A DNA stretch of 64,000 nt from Opitutales bacterium (GCA_021772535.1 JAJFLV010000234.1:8483-72482); one strand, 5' to 3'. Shown: positions 26,959-35,941, counted from the stretch's first letter. Made by a program: numbers and translations. Notes: a model not told the origin generated them from the sequence alone.

Positions 26959-28236
26959 TTAGAGGCCTGTGAACACTTCGGTATCCTCATAAAAGGCCTG
27001 CCAGGAAAACCAAAAAGCTCCCACTCCAACAATTTCTTCCCCCGTGTCCAGATTGATGACGGCAACCGATTTGGCAGCTTCATCCAGGGTAAGTTGCAAA
27101 TTTACACCGTTGAATGTGTCCAGAACCGGTTCCCCGTCGATCAACCTCTCCAGCGGGTAGGCCTTTCCCACTCCGTCGACGTCAATTCCCCAAACCCAGG
27201 CTTTGGCTGGCAGATCGGGCCGAATTTCATCCACTCTAAAGAATGGAAAAGGCGACGAATCATGCTCATTGTAGGGATTGCGTGAATAATCCCTCAGGAA
27301 TCCAGTCGCCGTAGAGAGCACTTTGCCATCCGGGAACTTTTGGCGCCAAGTCTCCCATGTGAGTTGTTCGCTCAATCGCCAAGTCAAACGGGTACCGATC
27401 TGACTTCCCGTTACGGCCTGTAAAGAAAATTGCGACCAAAGGCTGTTCGTCTTACGATCATACATGAGGAGGTTGTTGGTCCAAAGCAAACCGGATACGC
27501 CAAAATCAAGGAGTTCACCGTTGACCATGCGATCAAATACGATTCCGGTTCCGCAAAGCGGACAATAGGTTACTGAAAAATAGTCCTCTCCAACCTGGTC
27601 GTTGACGACCTCATGCCAATTCAGGATTCGGAAAGGATAAGCCCGCGTTTCGCCGCCGCTGGTAACGCTTAAAAGGATATCACCTTCCTCCATGAATACG
27701 GCCTCTGCAATGGAAACAAATTCCGGTTGGTCAATGGCCGGAATGCCATCCTTTCCCGGTCCGCCGTCGAGAATCTCCTCTCTTGGCAGGAGGGAATTGG
27801 TCAAATTGAATACATCGTAGGAAAATTGTGATTGCTCGAATTCGAGAGAGATCCACTCACCAATGGCATAATCGAAGAACTTCCTTGGTTCCGTCGTTCC
27901 CAAAGCATAAAACATCCAGGTGGATCGGTCAAAACTGTAAATAGTTGGGTAGGTATCGCCATTGGTCCAATACCAACCCAGGGTTCTGTCAAAGAGATTG
28001 GCGCTGGAATCGTTGTTGGTCGCCTGTGAAAACACCCAACCATGCTCATTATGGAAAAGCCAGGGATCAAAAGTATCGAAGAAGAACCCCAGCCAAGGGG
28101 ACTCTTTCCAACCGTTTTCAAAGGCCGTGTTTTCAAATTGAGCCCTTGTTTCCGCCGATGGGAAAACACCGGCAATGGCTAAAACAAAGACTAGAATTAG
28201 GTGATTAAAGTGAGGGAATAATAATTTTGGGTTCAT
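26959..28236 (-). CDS. DUF3179-family secreted protein with an N-terminal Trp-rich module
   Basis: 425 aa with a signal peptide. DUF3179 hallmarks are present: KDGIPAIDQPEF, YPFRILNWHEVVND, TYCPLCGTGIVFDR, FGVSGLLWTNNLLMYDRKTNSLWSQ. Residues 41-131 form the Trp-rich module shared with two other genes. Confidence 0.8.
   Translation of the reverse strand: MNPKLLFPHFNHLILVFVLAIAGVFPSAETRAQFENTAFENGWKESPWLGFFFDTFDPWLFHNEHGWVFSQATNNDSSANLFDRTLGWYWTNGDTYPTIYSFDRSTWMFYALGTTEPRKFFDYAIGEWISLEFEQSQFSYDVFNLTNSLLPREEILDGGPGKDGIPAIDQPEFVSIAEAVFMEEGDILLSVTSGGETRAYPFRILNWHEVVNDQVGEDYFSVTYCPLCGTGIVFDRMVNGELLDFGVSGLLWTNNLLMYDRKTNSLWSQFSLQAVTGSQIGTRLTWRLSEQLTWETWRQKFPDGKVLSTATGFLRDYSRNPYNEHDSSPFPFFRVDEIRPDLPAKAWVWGIDVDGVGKAYPLERLIDGEPVLDTFNGVNLQLTLDEAAKSVAVINLDTGEEIVGVGAFWFSWQAFYEDTEVFTGL
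27844..28116 (-). other. Trp-rich ~90-aa module, copy 1 (N-terminal in the DUF3179 protein)
   Basis: NGWKESPWLGFFFDTFDPWLFHNEHGWVFSQ...LGWYWTNGDTYPTIYSFDRSTWMFY...EPRKFFDYAIGEWISL. Confidence 0.7.
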
Positions 28237-28281
28237 GTTTGGAAGATTGAGAACGAGTTTCTGTTTTTTAAAAGTTATTGA

Positions 28282-29160
28282 TCAATAAGGTATCCATTCC
28301 TGGGTATTCCAGATCTGGATCCAGCGTGGATCCTTGGAACCTGGCTGGTACCACATCCATGAGTCTTTATCTACGCTGAATAACCAGGAGTAGGCGGCTT
28401 CACCAGTCCAGAACCAGCCCAGGTCGGATGTCCAGAACCAGATGCTGGCGGAGTCGACGCTTTGATTGAACATCCATCCGTGTTCATTGTGGTAAATCCA
28501 GGGGGCGGCCAGGATATTAAACGAGCCAAACCATTCCAGACCCCTCCAGCCGTCGCCAAGGTCCTCCGAATCAGCCCAGAAATACTCCTCGCCCATTCCA
28601 CCGGTAGGAGCTTCCACCGAATCAATGAATTGCCGGAAAACAAAAGCTCCGGGATAGCCGGGCTGGTTGTGCAGCACCTCCCATTGCTCATGGCTGGGAG
28701 ATCCCGCTACCCCGTTAATGATGACGAATAAAGGAATGCCATCGACCTGGTTATATTGATTCCAGCCAACAGCTACAGGATCGTCCACCACCAGTTCCAA
28801 TTCTGTTTTGGTGATGAAATCATCCGTGCTGGCGGCATCTTCCGGCTCAATGTTGACGGCGATAACCTGGACTGGAATTCCATTCGCATTACCGCCGCTA
28901 TCGATAAAAAATCGTTGGATATTTTGTTCGATATCGGGAGATGAAAAGGCGCATGGAGCGCACCAGAAAGCGAAAAAATCCAGCACAATGACATGCCCGG
29001 CAAAATCGCTCAGACTGACGGGCTGGCCGGTGCGCCGGTTCAGCAGAGTGAGGTCATCCGTAATGGAGCCGGTGGGGAAAGGTTGGGCCACCGAGAGGCA
29101 GGGAAACAGGGCCAACGCCAGTAAGAATACAGACAGGGTGCGGCGTGGATCAAGTTTCAT
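28282..29160 (-). CDS. Secreted TlpA/redoxin-like thioredoxin-fold protein with a C-terminal Trp-rich module
   Basis: 292 aa. Signal peptide MKLDPRRTLSVFLLALALFPCLSVAQP and a CxxC motif in VLDFFAFWCAPCAF. The C-terminal 91 aa form the Trp-rich module. Confidence 0.8.
   Translation of the reverse strand: MKLDPRRTLSVFLLALALFPCLSVAQPFPTGSITDDLTLLNRRTGQPVSLSDFAGHVIVLDFFAFWCAPCAFSSPDIEQNIQRFFIDSGGNANGIPVQVIAVNIEPEDAASTDDFITKTELELVVDDPVAVGWNQYNQVDGIPLFVIINGVAGSPSHEQWEVLHNQPGYPGAFVFRQFIDSVEAPTGGMGEEYFWADSEDLGDGWRGLEWFGSFNILAAPWIYHNEHGWMFNQSVDSASIWFWTSDLGWFWTGEAAYSWLFSVDKDSWMWYQPGSKDPRWIQIWNTQEWIPY
28285..28557 (-). other. Trp-rich ~90-aa module, copy 2 (C-terminal in the thioredoxin-like protein)
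   Basis: GDGWRGLEWFGSFNILAAPWIYHNEHGWMFNQSVDSASIWFWTSDLGWFWTGEAAYSWLFSVDKDSWMWYQPGSKDPRWIQIWNTQEWIPY. Confidence 0.7.
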
Positions 29161-29178
29161 ATTGATTGCTCCTTTTCA

Positions 29179-31047
29179 TTAAAACAATTTGGAGAAACTC
29201 ACGCTGGCCATAACCCAATTGCGATTCTGGTAAAGATTGGCAAAAGGAAGGATGTCGGAATCGGGGGAACCAAACCGCGTCCGGTAGGCGGAAATCATCG
29301 CTTTGAAGGCGCTGGTTCTGCCTTGCCAGCGAAAAGCTCCTCCTACCTGGTAGGTGGTCAATGGCGGAGGGCCGCTGGATATTAATATGGAGGTTTCAAT
29401 TTGACCGGAATCCTCATAGTAACGGCCAAAAAAATTAAGAAAATAACGGCTGTCCCAATCCCGCTCAATCAAACCTTCGGCCGACCAGGAAAAAAAGTCC
29501 TCCTCCGAAAACTCTTCGTCGTCCTCCTGGGTGGCGGAAAAGACTGTTCTCAAAACCCAATTTTCGGAGAGGGCATAATTGAAGGAACCCTGGTAAGAGT
29601 AGCGTAATTCCCTGTCGGTTGTCCCCGTGAGAGAAACTTGCAGGAGGGAACGTAATTTTCGAGTCAGGACATTTTCGAAGGTAAATACCGCAGCTCCGGT
29701 ATGCAATCGCTCCCGGCCTCGTTCGAGTGGTTCAAATAAGGGTTTGTCGAACCCGGGCGCCACATCGTCCTGCTGGAATACCAGGTTGGCCTGAATAAAT
29801 CCGGTGGTCGGCGAATATTCCCACCTTAATCCTGACGATAGATTAAATCCCCACGGGTCCGACTCCACGTACCCCTCGAGTTTGGAAAACTGTTGGCGAT
29901 AATATTCCTCGAGCCATAGTGACCGGTGGCTGGTAAATCCCTTATAGCCCCCCGCCGAGCCTTGCCATTCCAGTGAATCGGAGAACATGCGGGTGCGATT
30001 GATTTGGAAGGTTCCAGCATTTTCGGTAAGCTTGGCCGGTTTTCCAATGACATCTGCGTCCGGGTTGGGCTGATAATCAATATCGATCCTGTCGGCGGAA
30101 AAATCGATGCCCCAACTCGAAACACCTCTATCCCGCTGGTAAGTTATACCAGTGCGATACATTTTTATATCGGAGGAAAGAACCAATTCCGAGTTGAACT
30201 CCAGGTTGTCGTTTAAAATCCTGATCGCTGGAGGAGTTGCCATTTCACTAATAACGGAATCGGCCAGAGTGGGCGTCGCCACAGGAATTGTATTCTGGAC
30301 AAGGGGATCGGCAGTGGCGGCCCCAATATTATATTTATCTTCATCCCCGGCGGAAATGAAAGAACTCCCGTCGGCGGTGTTCGTTGAAATAAAATCCGCC
30401 CCTCCAGACATTTTTCCGGTGTGTGTGGCAGCCTCTTTTTGTTGTTGAGAGAGAATAAACGGGAAAGTCGGAGAACCAATTTCCGAAAGGGTTTCGCCTT
30501 TGTGTCCGAGAGAGTCTATGATTTCGCGAATTTCGGTGTACCCTTCATAACCGGCATTGCGATAGGCTACTTTCCATTCGCGACTATGGTTATTGATCGA
30601 GGTGCCGTCCAAAATCACGATAAAGGGCAGGCCCCGTCCTTCAAAGCGCTTGAAAATTTCTCCATCGGTGTCGTTGAGAACCAAACTCGCACCCGTCCTG
30701 CGCAAAAAGGCCGCCGTTTTATCAGGATGATCGCTTTCGACGTTTATGGAAATAACCCTGACTGACTGTCCTGCTGAATTTCCCGTGGTTGTGTCATAAA
30801 ACTGTTGAACATATTTTTCCAGCTCAGCGGAAGCGCCTAAACAAGGCACACACCAATAGGCAAAAAAATCGAGAACCACAATTCCGCCCGCAAAATCGTT
30901 CAAATCCAGAGAGACTCCAGAATCCCATTGCGAAGCCTCGAAACCCTCAATCTCTTTTCCAACAAATCCTTCACCGGCAAGGGCATTGCCCATAAAAATG
31001 ATTGATCCGACCAAACAGATTAACCGACTTGAAATTTTACCCACCAT
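29179..31047 (-). CDS. Fusion protein: N-terminal TlpA-like thioredoxin domain plus C-terminal predicted outer-membrane beta-barrel (DUF3570-like)
   Basis: The track ORF extends to 31134. The ATG at 31047 gives the signal peptide MVGKISSRLICLVGSIIFMGNALA and removes the overlap with the upstream gene. CxxC motif in VLDFFAYWCVPCLG. The C-terminal ~350 aa have alternating amphipathic beta-strand character and end in ...SVSFSKLF (terminal Phe, OMP-like). Confidence 0.7.
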   Translation of the reverse strand: MVGKISSRLICLVGSIIFMGNALAGEGFVGKEIEGFEASQWDSGVSLDLNDFAGGIVVLDFFAYWCVPCLGASAELEKYVQQFYDTTTGNSAGQSVRVISINVESDHPDKTAAFLRRTGASLVLNDTDGEIFKRFEGRGLPFIVILDGTSINNHSREWKVAYRNAGYEGYTEIREIIDSLGHKGETLSEIGSPTFPFILSQQQKEAATHTGKMSGGADFISTNTADGSSFISAGDEDKYNIGAATADPLVQNTIPVATPTLADSVISEMATPPAIRILNDNLEFNSELVLSSDIKMYRTGITYQRDRGVSSWGIDFSADRIDIDYQPNPDADVIGKPAKLTENAGTFQINRTRMFSDSLEWQGSAGGYKGFTSHRSLWLEEYYRQQFSKLEGYVESDPWGFNLSSGLRWEYSPTTGFIQANLVFQQDDVAPGFDKPLFEPLERGRERLHTGAAVFTFENVLTRKLRSLLQVSLTGTTDRELRYSYQGSFNYALSENWVLRTVFSATQEDDEEFSEEDFFSWSAEGLIERDWDSRYFLNFFGRYYEDSGQIETSILISSGPPPLTTYQVGGAFRWQGRTSAFKAMISAYRTRFGSPDSDILPFANLYQNRNWVMASVSFSKLF

Positions 31048-31063
31048 CAGTGCGAATGCGTAC

Positions 31064-31333
31064 CTATTTGCACGATGTGCAACCGGATGCCTGCGCTCCT
31101 CCAGCGGAGGATGATCCCGGTTCCACCCGACCAATAAAACCCGAGTTGGAGGAATATATCGAGGAATCGGAAAATATCATGTTGGGCTTTGAAAGCAGAC
31201 GCTGTTCAGTAATGTCGATATGGCTGCAACCACTCAAAAATGCCAGAGATGCGATCAATAAAAGGATTGAGAGTTTTCGCAATCCGGCCGCCTCCAGAAT
31301 GGAGTAATCTCGATGAGTTCCATTATTTTTCAT
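31064..31333 (-). CDS. Small lipoprotein, DUF4266-like
   Basis: 89 aa. Lipobox LAFLSGC. The segment QRLLSKPNMIFSDSS and the Gly/Ser-rich C-terminus ending GGAQASGCTSCK match my recollection of the DUF4266 pattern (lipobox, ...LAKP.M..D..., C-terminal GGGCGC-like tail). Confidence 0.55.
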   Translation of the reverse strand: MKNNGTHRDYSILEAAGLRKLSILLLIASLAFLSGCSHIDITEQRLLSKPNMIFSDSSIYSSNSGFIGRVEPGSSSAGGAQASGCTSCK

Positions 31334-31717
31334 ATTCGTTCCGCAGGTGAAGTTTTGAGGGTTTTAGCGATACATAAGTAGTTAGCATACAGGGGTAATT
31401 CCTCAATTGCCGGACTAAAAGATGGCTCATGAGGAAAAAATTTCGGGTCTGACTATATCCTAAGAGAACAAAATCGAACCGTTTATTCCCCAAAATTTAC
31501 ACTCAATCAAGCTGGATTACTTTCCAAAGAAACTCCCTGGGCCAACGGGAAAAGACCAATTCGATAAGGGGATTATTTTCTCGATTCCATTGTGACCAAG
31601 ATTGGTAAAAGATCCTGATTGTAAGAAGGATAAGTCCCTTTAAGGATTGAAAATTTAAACAATCGAAGGGAGCCGGGAGAATTCGGCCGTTGTTCAGGAC
31701 AAAAACTTTAAACCCCG

Positions 31718-32434
31718 TTATTGGCCGAAGATTCTATTTTCGATCTCGCGCAAGGTAAACGCTCTTTTTGGCGGATCGCCTAATTCCTCGACGACCAGAT
31801 CGGCTTCGGTAAAATCTTCCTCACGGGTATATGCGCTGATGGTTACGAGGCATCGCATACCAGCGTTTTTTACAGCAAGCAGACCGTTGCGGCTGTCTTC
31901 CACAACGAGGCAATCCTCTCCGCGCAATCCCAGGCGCTCTTTGACCATGTTGTAAATTTCCGGGTCGGGCTTTTTCCTTGAGACGACATCACCAGCGAGG
32001 ATCTGGCCAAACTTCTCAAAACGGCTCCGCTCCAGCATTTTTGTTGCGATTAAATTTACCGAACGCTCATTCGAGGTTGAACAGATGGCGAGCTTGAGAC
32101 CTGCCTCAATCGCCTCGTCGATCAACCGGGCAACACCGCTGCGCAAGGGAAGTTCCCCTGATTCTATAATTTGCATGAAAAGATCCGTTTTCACTTTATG
32201 GAGATCTTTGAGGTAAGCATCATGGCCGGTCGCATTCTCCGGCCAGCCATTTTCCTCGAAAAAATAGCGCATTCGCTCCTTCCCGCCGGAAATCTTCAAG
32301 AGTTCGCCATATTGATCGACGCTCCATTCAACATTAAGGCCGAAATGACGAAAGGCCCGGTTGAAAGCAATGCGATGGCCGTCGCGCTCGGTATCGACCA
32401 GCACTCCGTCGCAATCGAAAATGAGCGCCTTCAT
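31718..32434 (-). CDS. HAD-superfamily phosphatase (CbbY-like)
   Basis: 238 aa. Motif I is ALIFDCDGVLVDTERDGHRIAFNRAF, and later HAD motifs (ICSTS, VVEDSRNGLLAVKNAGM) are present. Confidence 0.85.
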   Translation of the reverse strand: MKALIFDCDGVLVDTERDGHRIAFNRAFRHFGLNVEWSVDQYGELLKISGGKERMRYFFEENGWPENATGHDAYLKDLHKVKTDLFMQIIESGELPLRSGVARLIDEAIEAGLKLAICSTSNERSVNLIATKMLERSRFEKFGQILAGDVVSRKKPDPEIYNMVKERLGLRGEDCLVVEDSRNGLLAVKNAGMRCLVTISAYTREEDFTEADLVVEELGDPPKRAFTLREIENRIFGQ

Positions 32435-33309
32435 GGGGTGGAGGTCTTGACATCAGCGGCTTTACCGGCACCGCCGAATTGCTCAATTTTTGCTTTGAGC
32501 AACTCCTTCATCGCATCGTATTGCCCCTTGAGGACGCGCAGCGGTTCGTAATCGTTGGGATTGTCCCGATGATAATCACAGAATCCATCGATGAAGGCGT
32601 GCTTCAGATTGGTCGAAATGTTCACCTTGGCACATCCAAGTTTTATGCAACGCTGGATGGTTTCGTCCGGCAGACCGGTACCGCCATGGAGGGCAAGCGG
32701 GGTCTGGGTACGACGGAATATTTCTTCAATGAGGTCGAACCGGACGTTGGGTTCGCCCTTGTAATAGCCGTGAGCGGTTCCTATTGCAGGGGCAAAAACT
32801 CCCAGGTCGAGTTCCCGACAGAACCGCTCGGCCTTGTCCGGGTCGGCCAGGTGAGCGTCTTCCTCGGCCACGACTATATCTTCCTCCACACCGACGATCT
32901 CCCCCAATTCCGCCTCCACGCCGACACCAGCAGCAGTCGCCCATTCGACGACTTGGCGGGAGCGGTCCAGGTTTTCCTCAAAGGGCAAATCGGAGGCGTC
33001 GATCATGACCGAGGTCCACCCGGTTTCGATACACTTTTTGATCATTTCGAGGTCTTTTCCATGATCCAGATGGAGGGCAACAGGAACGGGTGAGTTTTCG
33101 GCCAGTTCACGCATCCATCCGGCCAGCGTTTCGTGGCCGTAATAAACGACCGTTTTGGCTGATAGCTGGGCAATAACAGAGGCATCGAGCTCTTCGGCAG
33201 CCTCAACGATGGCTTTCATAGATGCACAATCTACAGGATTGAAGGCGCCCACTGCGTAACCTCCGTGACAGGCTTCCCTTAACATTGGTGTCAGACTTAC
33301 AAGCGGCAT
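32431..33309 (-). CDS. fba: Class II fructose/ketose-bisphosphate aldolase
   Basis: 292 aa. Motifs GYAVGAFN, VALHLDHG, GTAHGYYKG and LALHGGTGLP are present. It overlaps the downstream HAD gene by 4 nt. Confidence 0.85.
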   Translation of the reverse strand: MPLVSLTPMLREACHGGYAVGAFNPVDCASMKAIVEAAEELDASVIAQLSAKTVVYYGHETLAGWMRELAENSPVPVALHLDHGKDLEMIKKCIETGWTSVMIDASDLPFEENLDRSRQVVEWATAAGVGVEAELGEIVGVEEDIVVAEEDAHLADPDKAERFCRELDLGVFAPAIGTAHGYYKGEPNVRFDLIEEIFRRTQTPLALHGGTGLPDETIQRCIKLGCAKVNISTNLKHAFIDGFCDYHRDNPNDYEPLRVLKGQYDAMKELLKAKIEQFGGAGKAADVKTSTP

Positions 33310-33340
33310 TGATTATACCTCCAATAGGGTTGAATTATTT

Positions 33341-34390
33341 TTACCGTTTACCAAATTCCAGAAAGAGATTTTCAAGGATTTCAGTTTCAGGTTCGCCATC
33401 GAAAAGAACCACTCGATAGCGAGCATGGAATACCTTTCCGGGTTGTAGGACAAATTTTCCCAACACCGGGGGCGAAAAGACAAGATAAGGCATCCTTGGA
33501 TGCACCCGAACCGGTTGAGGATAACGAAAGTTGCCTGGGTGGTCCATAATGGCCACTCCCGCAGATTTGTCACCTGCAACACCCCAGGAAGCAATCCAAC
33601 CGGGACGTGTATGGTTGCTCTCATCCCGGCTTTTGCCTTCGCGGGTAAGAACTTTCATTGGTGAATTGAAAAGGTCTTGAGCGTCTTCATTCCAATCGGC
33701 CCGTCCCCTGAAAGCAAAACCGCCGTAGTGATATTCATCAAGAATGACCGGTTCTTCGGTGACGCCTCGTTGCTCGATATCAAAATCGATCACAAAAGGA
33801 TTGGCACGATTTAATACCCGGACAGTCCAAATATCTTCCAGGACGGGTCCATGCTTCAAGCTGACTTGCTGTTGCCGCACTTTGAACACCCCCGCATCGG
33901 ACCCGTCGGCCATATCGAGGACCTCAATGTGCTTTACGGTCCCGATGCCATTATGTTGATTCCAGAAGTCGAGTTGATCTCCCAGAAATGTCGCTCTCGT
34001 CCAGGCAAAGAACAAACCGTGCTGATGGGTGTGCCCCACCGGAAAATCATCGGTCAACACTTCCCCACGAGGGGAATAGAGCGGATGGATGAAACCGCTC
34101 CGCTTATAATGCTCAGGCTCGCCCTCCGGCGGTAAAACGGTGTTAATGTTGTAAACGAGAACGGGACGTTGACCTACCCGGACCTCAATGGCCCCGTTTT
34201 TATTTTGGACTGAGACAAGATTCATTGGGAAATCCTCCTTTTCGCCATTGGCCGTACCGACTGAAATTACCAATGAAATACAAAGGTGGGTAAAGAACCA
34301 TTTTCCATAATATCGCATAGACTGGCTCCTCCAGCAAGCCGACGTCTCTCGTTTAAAGAGATCAGCAGAGATTTCCTTATGACGAGTCAT
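33341..34390 (-). CDS. PmoA-family (DUF6807-like) protein
   Basis: 349 aa with an N-terminal anchor. The segment SGFIHPLYSPRGEVLTDDFPVGHTHQHGLFFAW is the pattern I associate with this family, which is commonly found next to Gfo/Idh/MocA oxidoreductases. Confidence 0.6.
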   Translation of the reverse strand: MTRHKEISADLFKRETSACWRSQSMRYYGKWFFTHLCISLVISVGTANGEKEDFPMNLVSVQNKNGAIEVRVGQRPVLVYNINTVLPPEGEPEHYKRSGFIHPLYSPRGEVLTDDFPVGHTHQHGLFFAWTRATFLGDQLDFWNQHNGIGTVKHIEVLDMADGSDAGVFKVRQQQVSLKHGPVLEDIWTVRVLNRANPFVIDFDIEQRGVTEEPVILDEYHYGGFAFRGRADWNEDAQDLFNSPMKVLTREGKSRDESNHTRPGWIASWGVAGDKSAGVAIMDHPGNFRYPQPVRVHPRMPYLVFSPPVLGKFVLQPGKVFHARYRVVLFDGEPETEILENLFLEFGKR

Positions 34391-34597
34391 AATTAATTAA
34401 CCTATCCCCTCTTGGGAGCCTTTGTCCACACTTCCCGCATTACTTCAGCTTTTCCAATGGCTTGACGGCGGCACAGTATTCAGTATTCCTCCCGGATTAC
34501 CGGCCAATTGACAGGAATTTCTCTGGCGTGACGTTAACTGGATATTGTTAGAAAACCCTGTTGAAAGGTTGCCATAAACAACAGTTAAAAATTAGAT

Positions 34598-35614
34598 ATG
34601 GTAGAAAAACAACGGATCGGAAATTCAGAACTCTTCGCTTCCAGGGTTGCCCTCGGGTGCTGGGTATTTGCAGGTGGACCGGAATGGGGTAACCAAAAAG
34701 AGGAAGACTCCATCGCCACAGTGCATGCGGCGCTCGATCTGGGGATAAATCTCTTCGATACGGCGCCAGCTTACGGAGGCGGTGAATCGGAACGTATCCT
34801 TGGTCTGGCCTTGCAGGGAAGGCGGGATGAAGCGCTCATTGGCACAAAAATTTCCAGTTCTCATGCTCATAAAGAAGGGATTATCGCCTCCTGTGAGGAG
34901 AGCCTTTCTCTGCTGAAAACCGACCGGATCGATCTTATCCAAATTCATTGGGCAAACCATGATGTCCCTTTCGAAGAAACCATAGAGGCCCTACATCAGT
35001 TGAAAGCGGATGGAAAAATTCGTTATGCAGGGGTTTGCAATTTCGGTGTTAACGATATGAGCAATTATTTGCGTAAGGGAGGGGAAATGGTTTCCAATCA
35101 ACTTCCCTACTCTCTGCTCAGCCGGGCAATTGAATACACTATTTTGCCTGAATGCCGTCAGCGAGACGTTTCAGTTCTTCCTTACAGTCCTTTATTGCAA
35201 GGTCTCTTAACCGGTAAATTCAAAACCGCAGAGGATGTGCCTACAGGGCGTAGCCGAACCCGCCATTTCAGTTGCGACCAGCCCGGCGTCCGGCATAGTG
35301 AATCCGGTTGTGAAAGTGAAACCTTTAAGGCTCTTTCGGATATCGAAAACATCGCCTCGGAAGCGGGATATTTCATGAGCAATCTGGCTATTTCCTGGTT
35401 ATTGCATCAACCCGGCATTCCTTCCGTCGTAATGGGCGCTCGCACACCCGGCCAGGTAGAGCAAAATATGAAATCATTATCGCAAAATATGAAATCATTA
35501 TCGGTGCCCTTATCCACTGAAGAATTGAACCGGTTAAATCTTGTGACCGATCCAGTTAAATCCATCCTCGGCTCCAACCCGGATCTTTGGCAATCTGAAG
35601 GCCGTTACAATTGA
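34598..35614 (+). CDS. Aldo/keto reductase
   Basis: 338 aa. Motifs LGCWVFAG, FDTAPAYGGGESERILG and IDLIQIHW match the AKR catalytic framework. Confidence 0.85.
   Translation: MVEKQRIGNSELFASRVALGCWVFAGGPEWGNQKEEDSIATVHAALDLGINLFDTAPAYGGGESERILGLALQGRRDEALIGTKISSSHAHKEGIIASCEESLSLLKTDRIDLIQIHWANHDVPFEETIEALHQLKADGKIRYAGVCNFGVNDMSNYLRKGGEMVSNQLPYSLLSRAIEYTILPECRQRDVSVLPYSPLLQGLLTGKFKTAEDVPTGRSRTRHFSCDQPGVRHSESGCESETFKALSDIENIASEAGYFMSNLAISWLLHQPGIPSVVMGARTPGQVEQNMKSLSQNMKSLSVPLSTEELNRLNLVTDPVKSILGSNPDLWQSEGRYN
35462..35503 (+). repeat. Perfect in-frame 21-bp tandem duplication inside the AKR gene
   Basis: caaaatatgaaatcattatcg occurs twice back to back (35462-35482 and 35483-35503), encoding QNMKSLS QNMKSLS. 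Confidence 0.95.
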
Positions 35615-35675
35615 AGTCTAGATAGACAGGTCCGATACACAGACAGTTAACCCGAAATCGGAATCCAAATTAAAT

Positions 35676-35751
35676 TGGTGGAGCCGATCGGGATCGAACC
35701 GACGACCTCTTGCATGCCATGCAAGCGCTCTTCCAACTGAGCTACGGCCCC
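35676..35751 (-). tRNA. tRNA-Ala (anticodon GGC), CCA encoded
   Basis: The reverse complement is GGGGCCGTAGCTCAGTTGGAAGAGCGCTTGCATGGCATGCAAGAGGTCGTCGGTTCGATCCCGATCGGCTCCACCA. It folds as a cloverleaf with the G3:U70 Ala identity pair position, anticodon loop AT-GGC-AT and T-loop GGTTCGATCC. Confidence 0.9.
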
Positions 35752-35941
35752 ATGGGGGAAAGAGATGGGAGAAGGGCGGAGTCCAAGTGAATTTGAACCC
35801 CTCGTCAACGCAAAATATTGTTTGAAAGGTTCACAATTTTAACGGTGGCGGAAATCCCGGTCAACTCACCTTTATGAGTCCATCATGGCGGCTTTCCAAG
35901 ACTGCCTGCAGTAGTTGTAAAAGTATGATTACGGTTTTATT

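Noticed and set aside
32171-33093. Plus-strand ORFs 32171-32551 and 32479-33093.
   Set aside because: They are antisense to the HAD phosphatase and class II aldolase genes, both of which have clear catalytic motifs. No features support the antisense ORFs.
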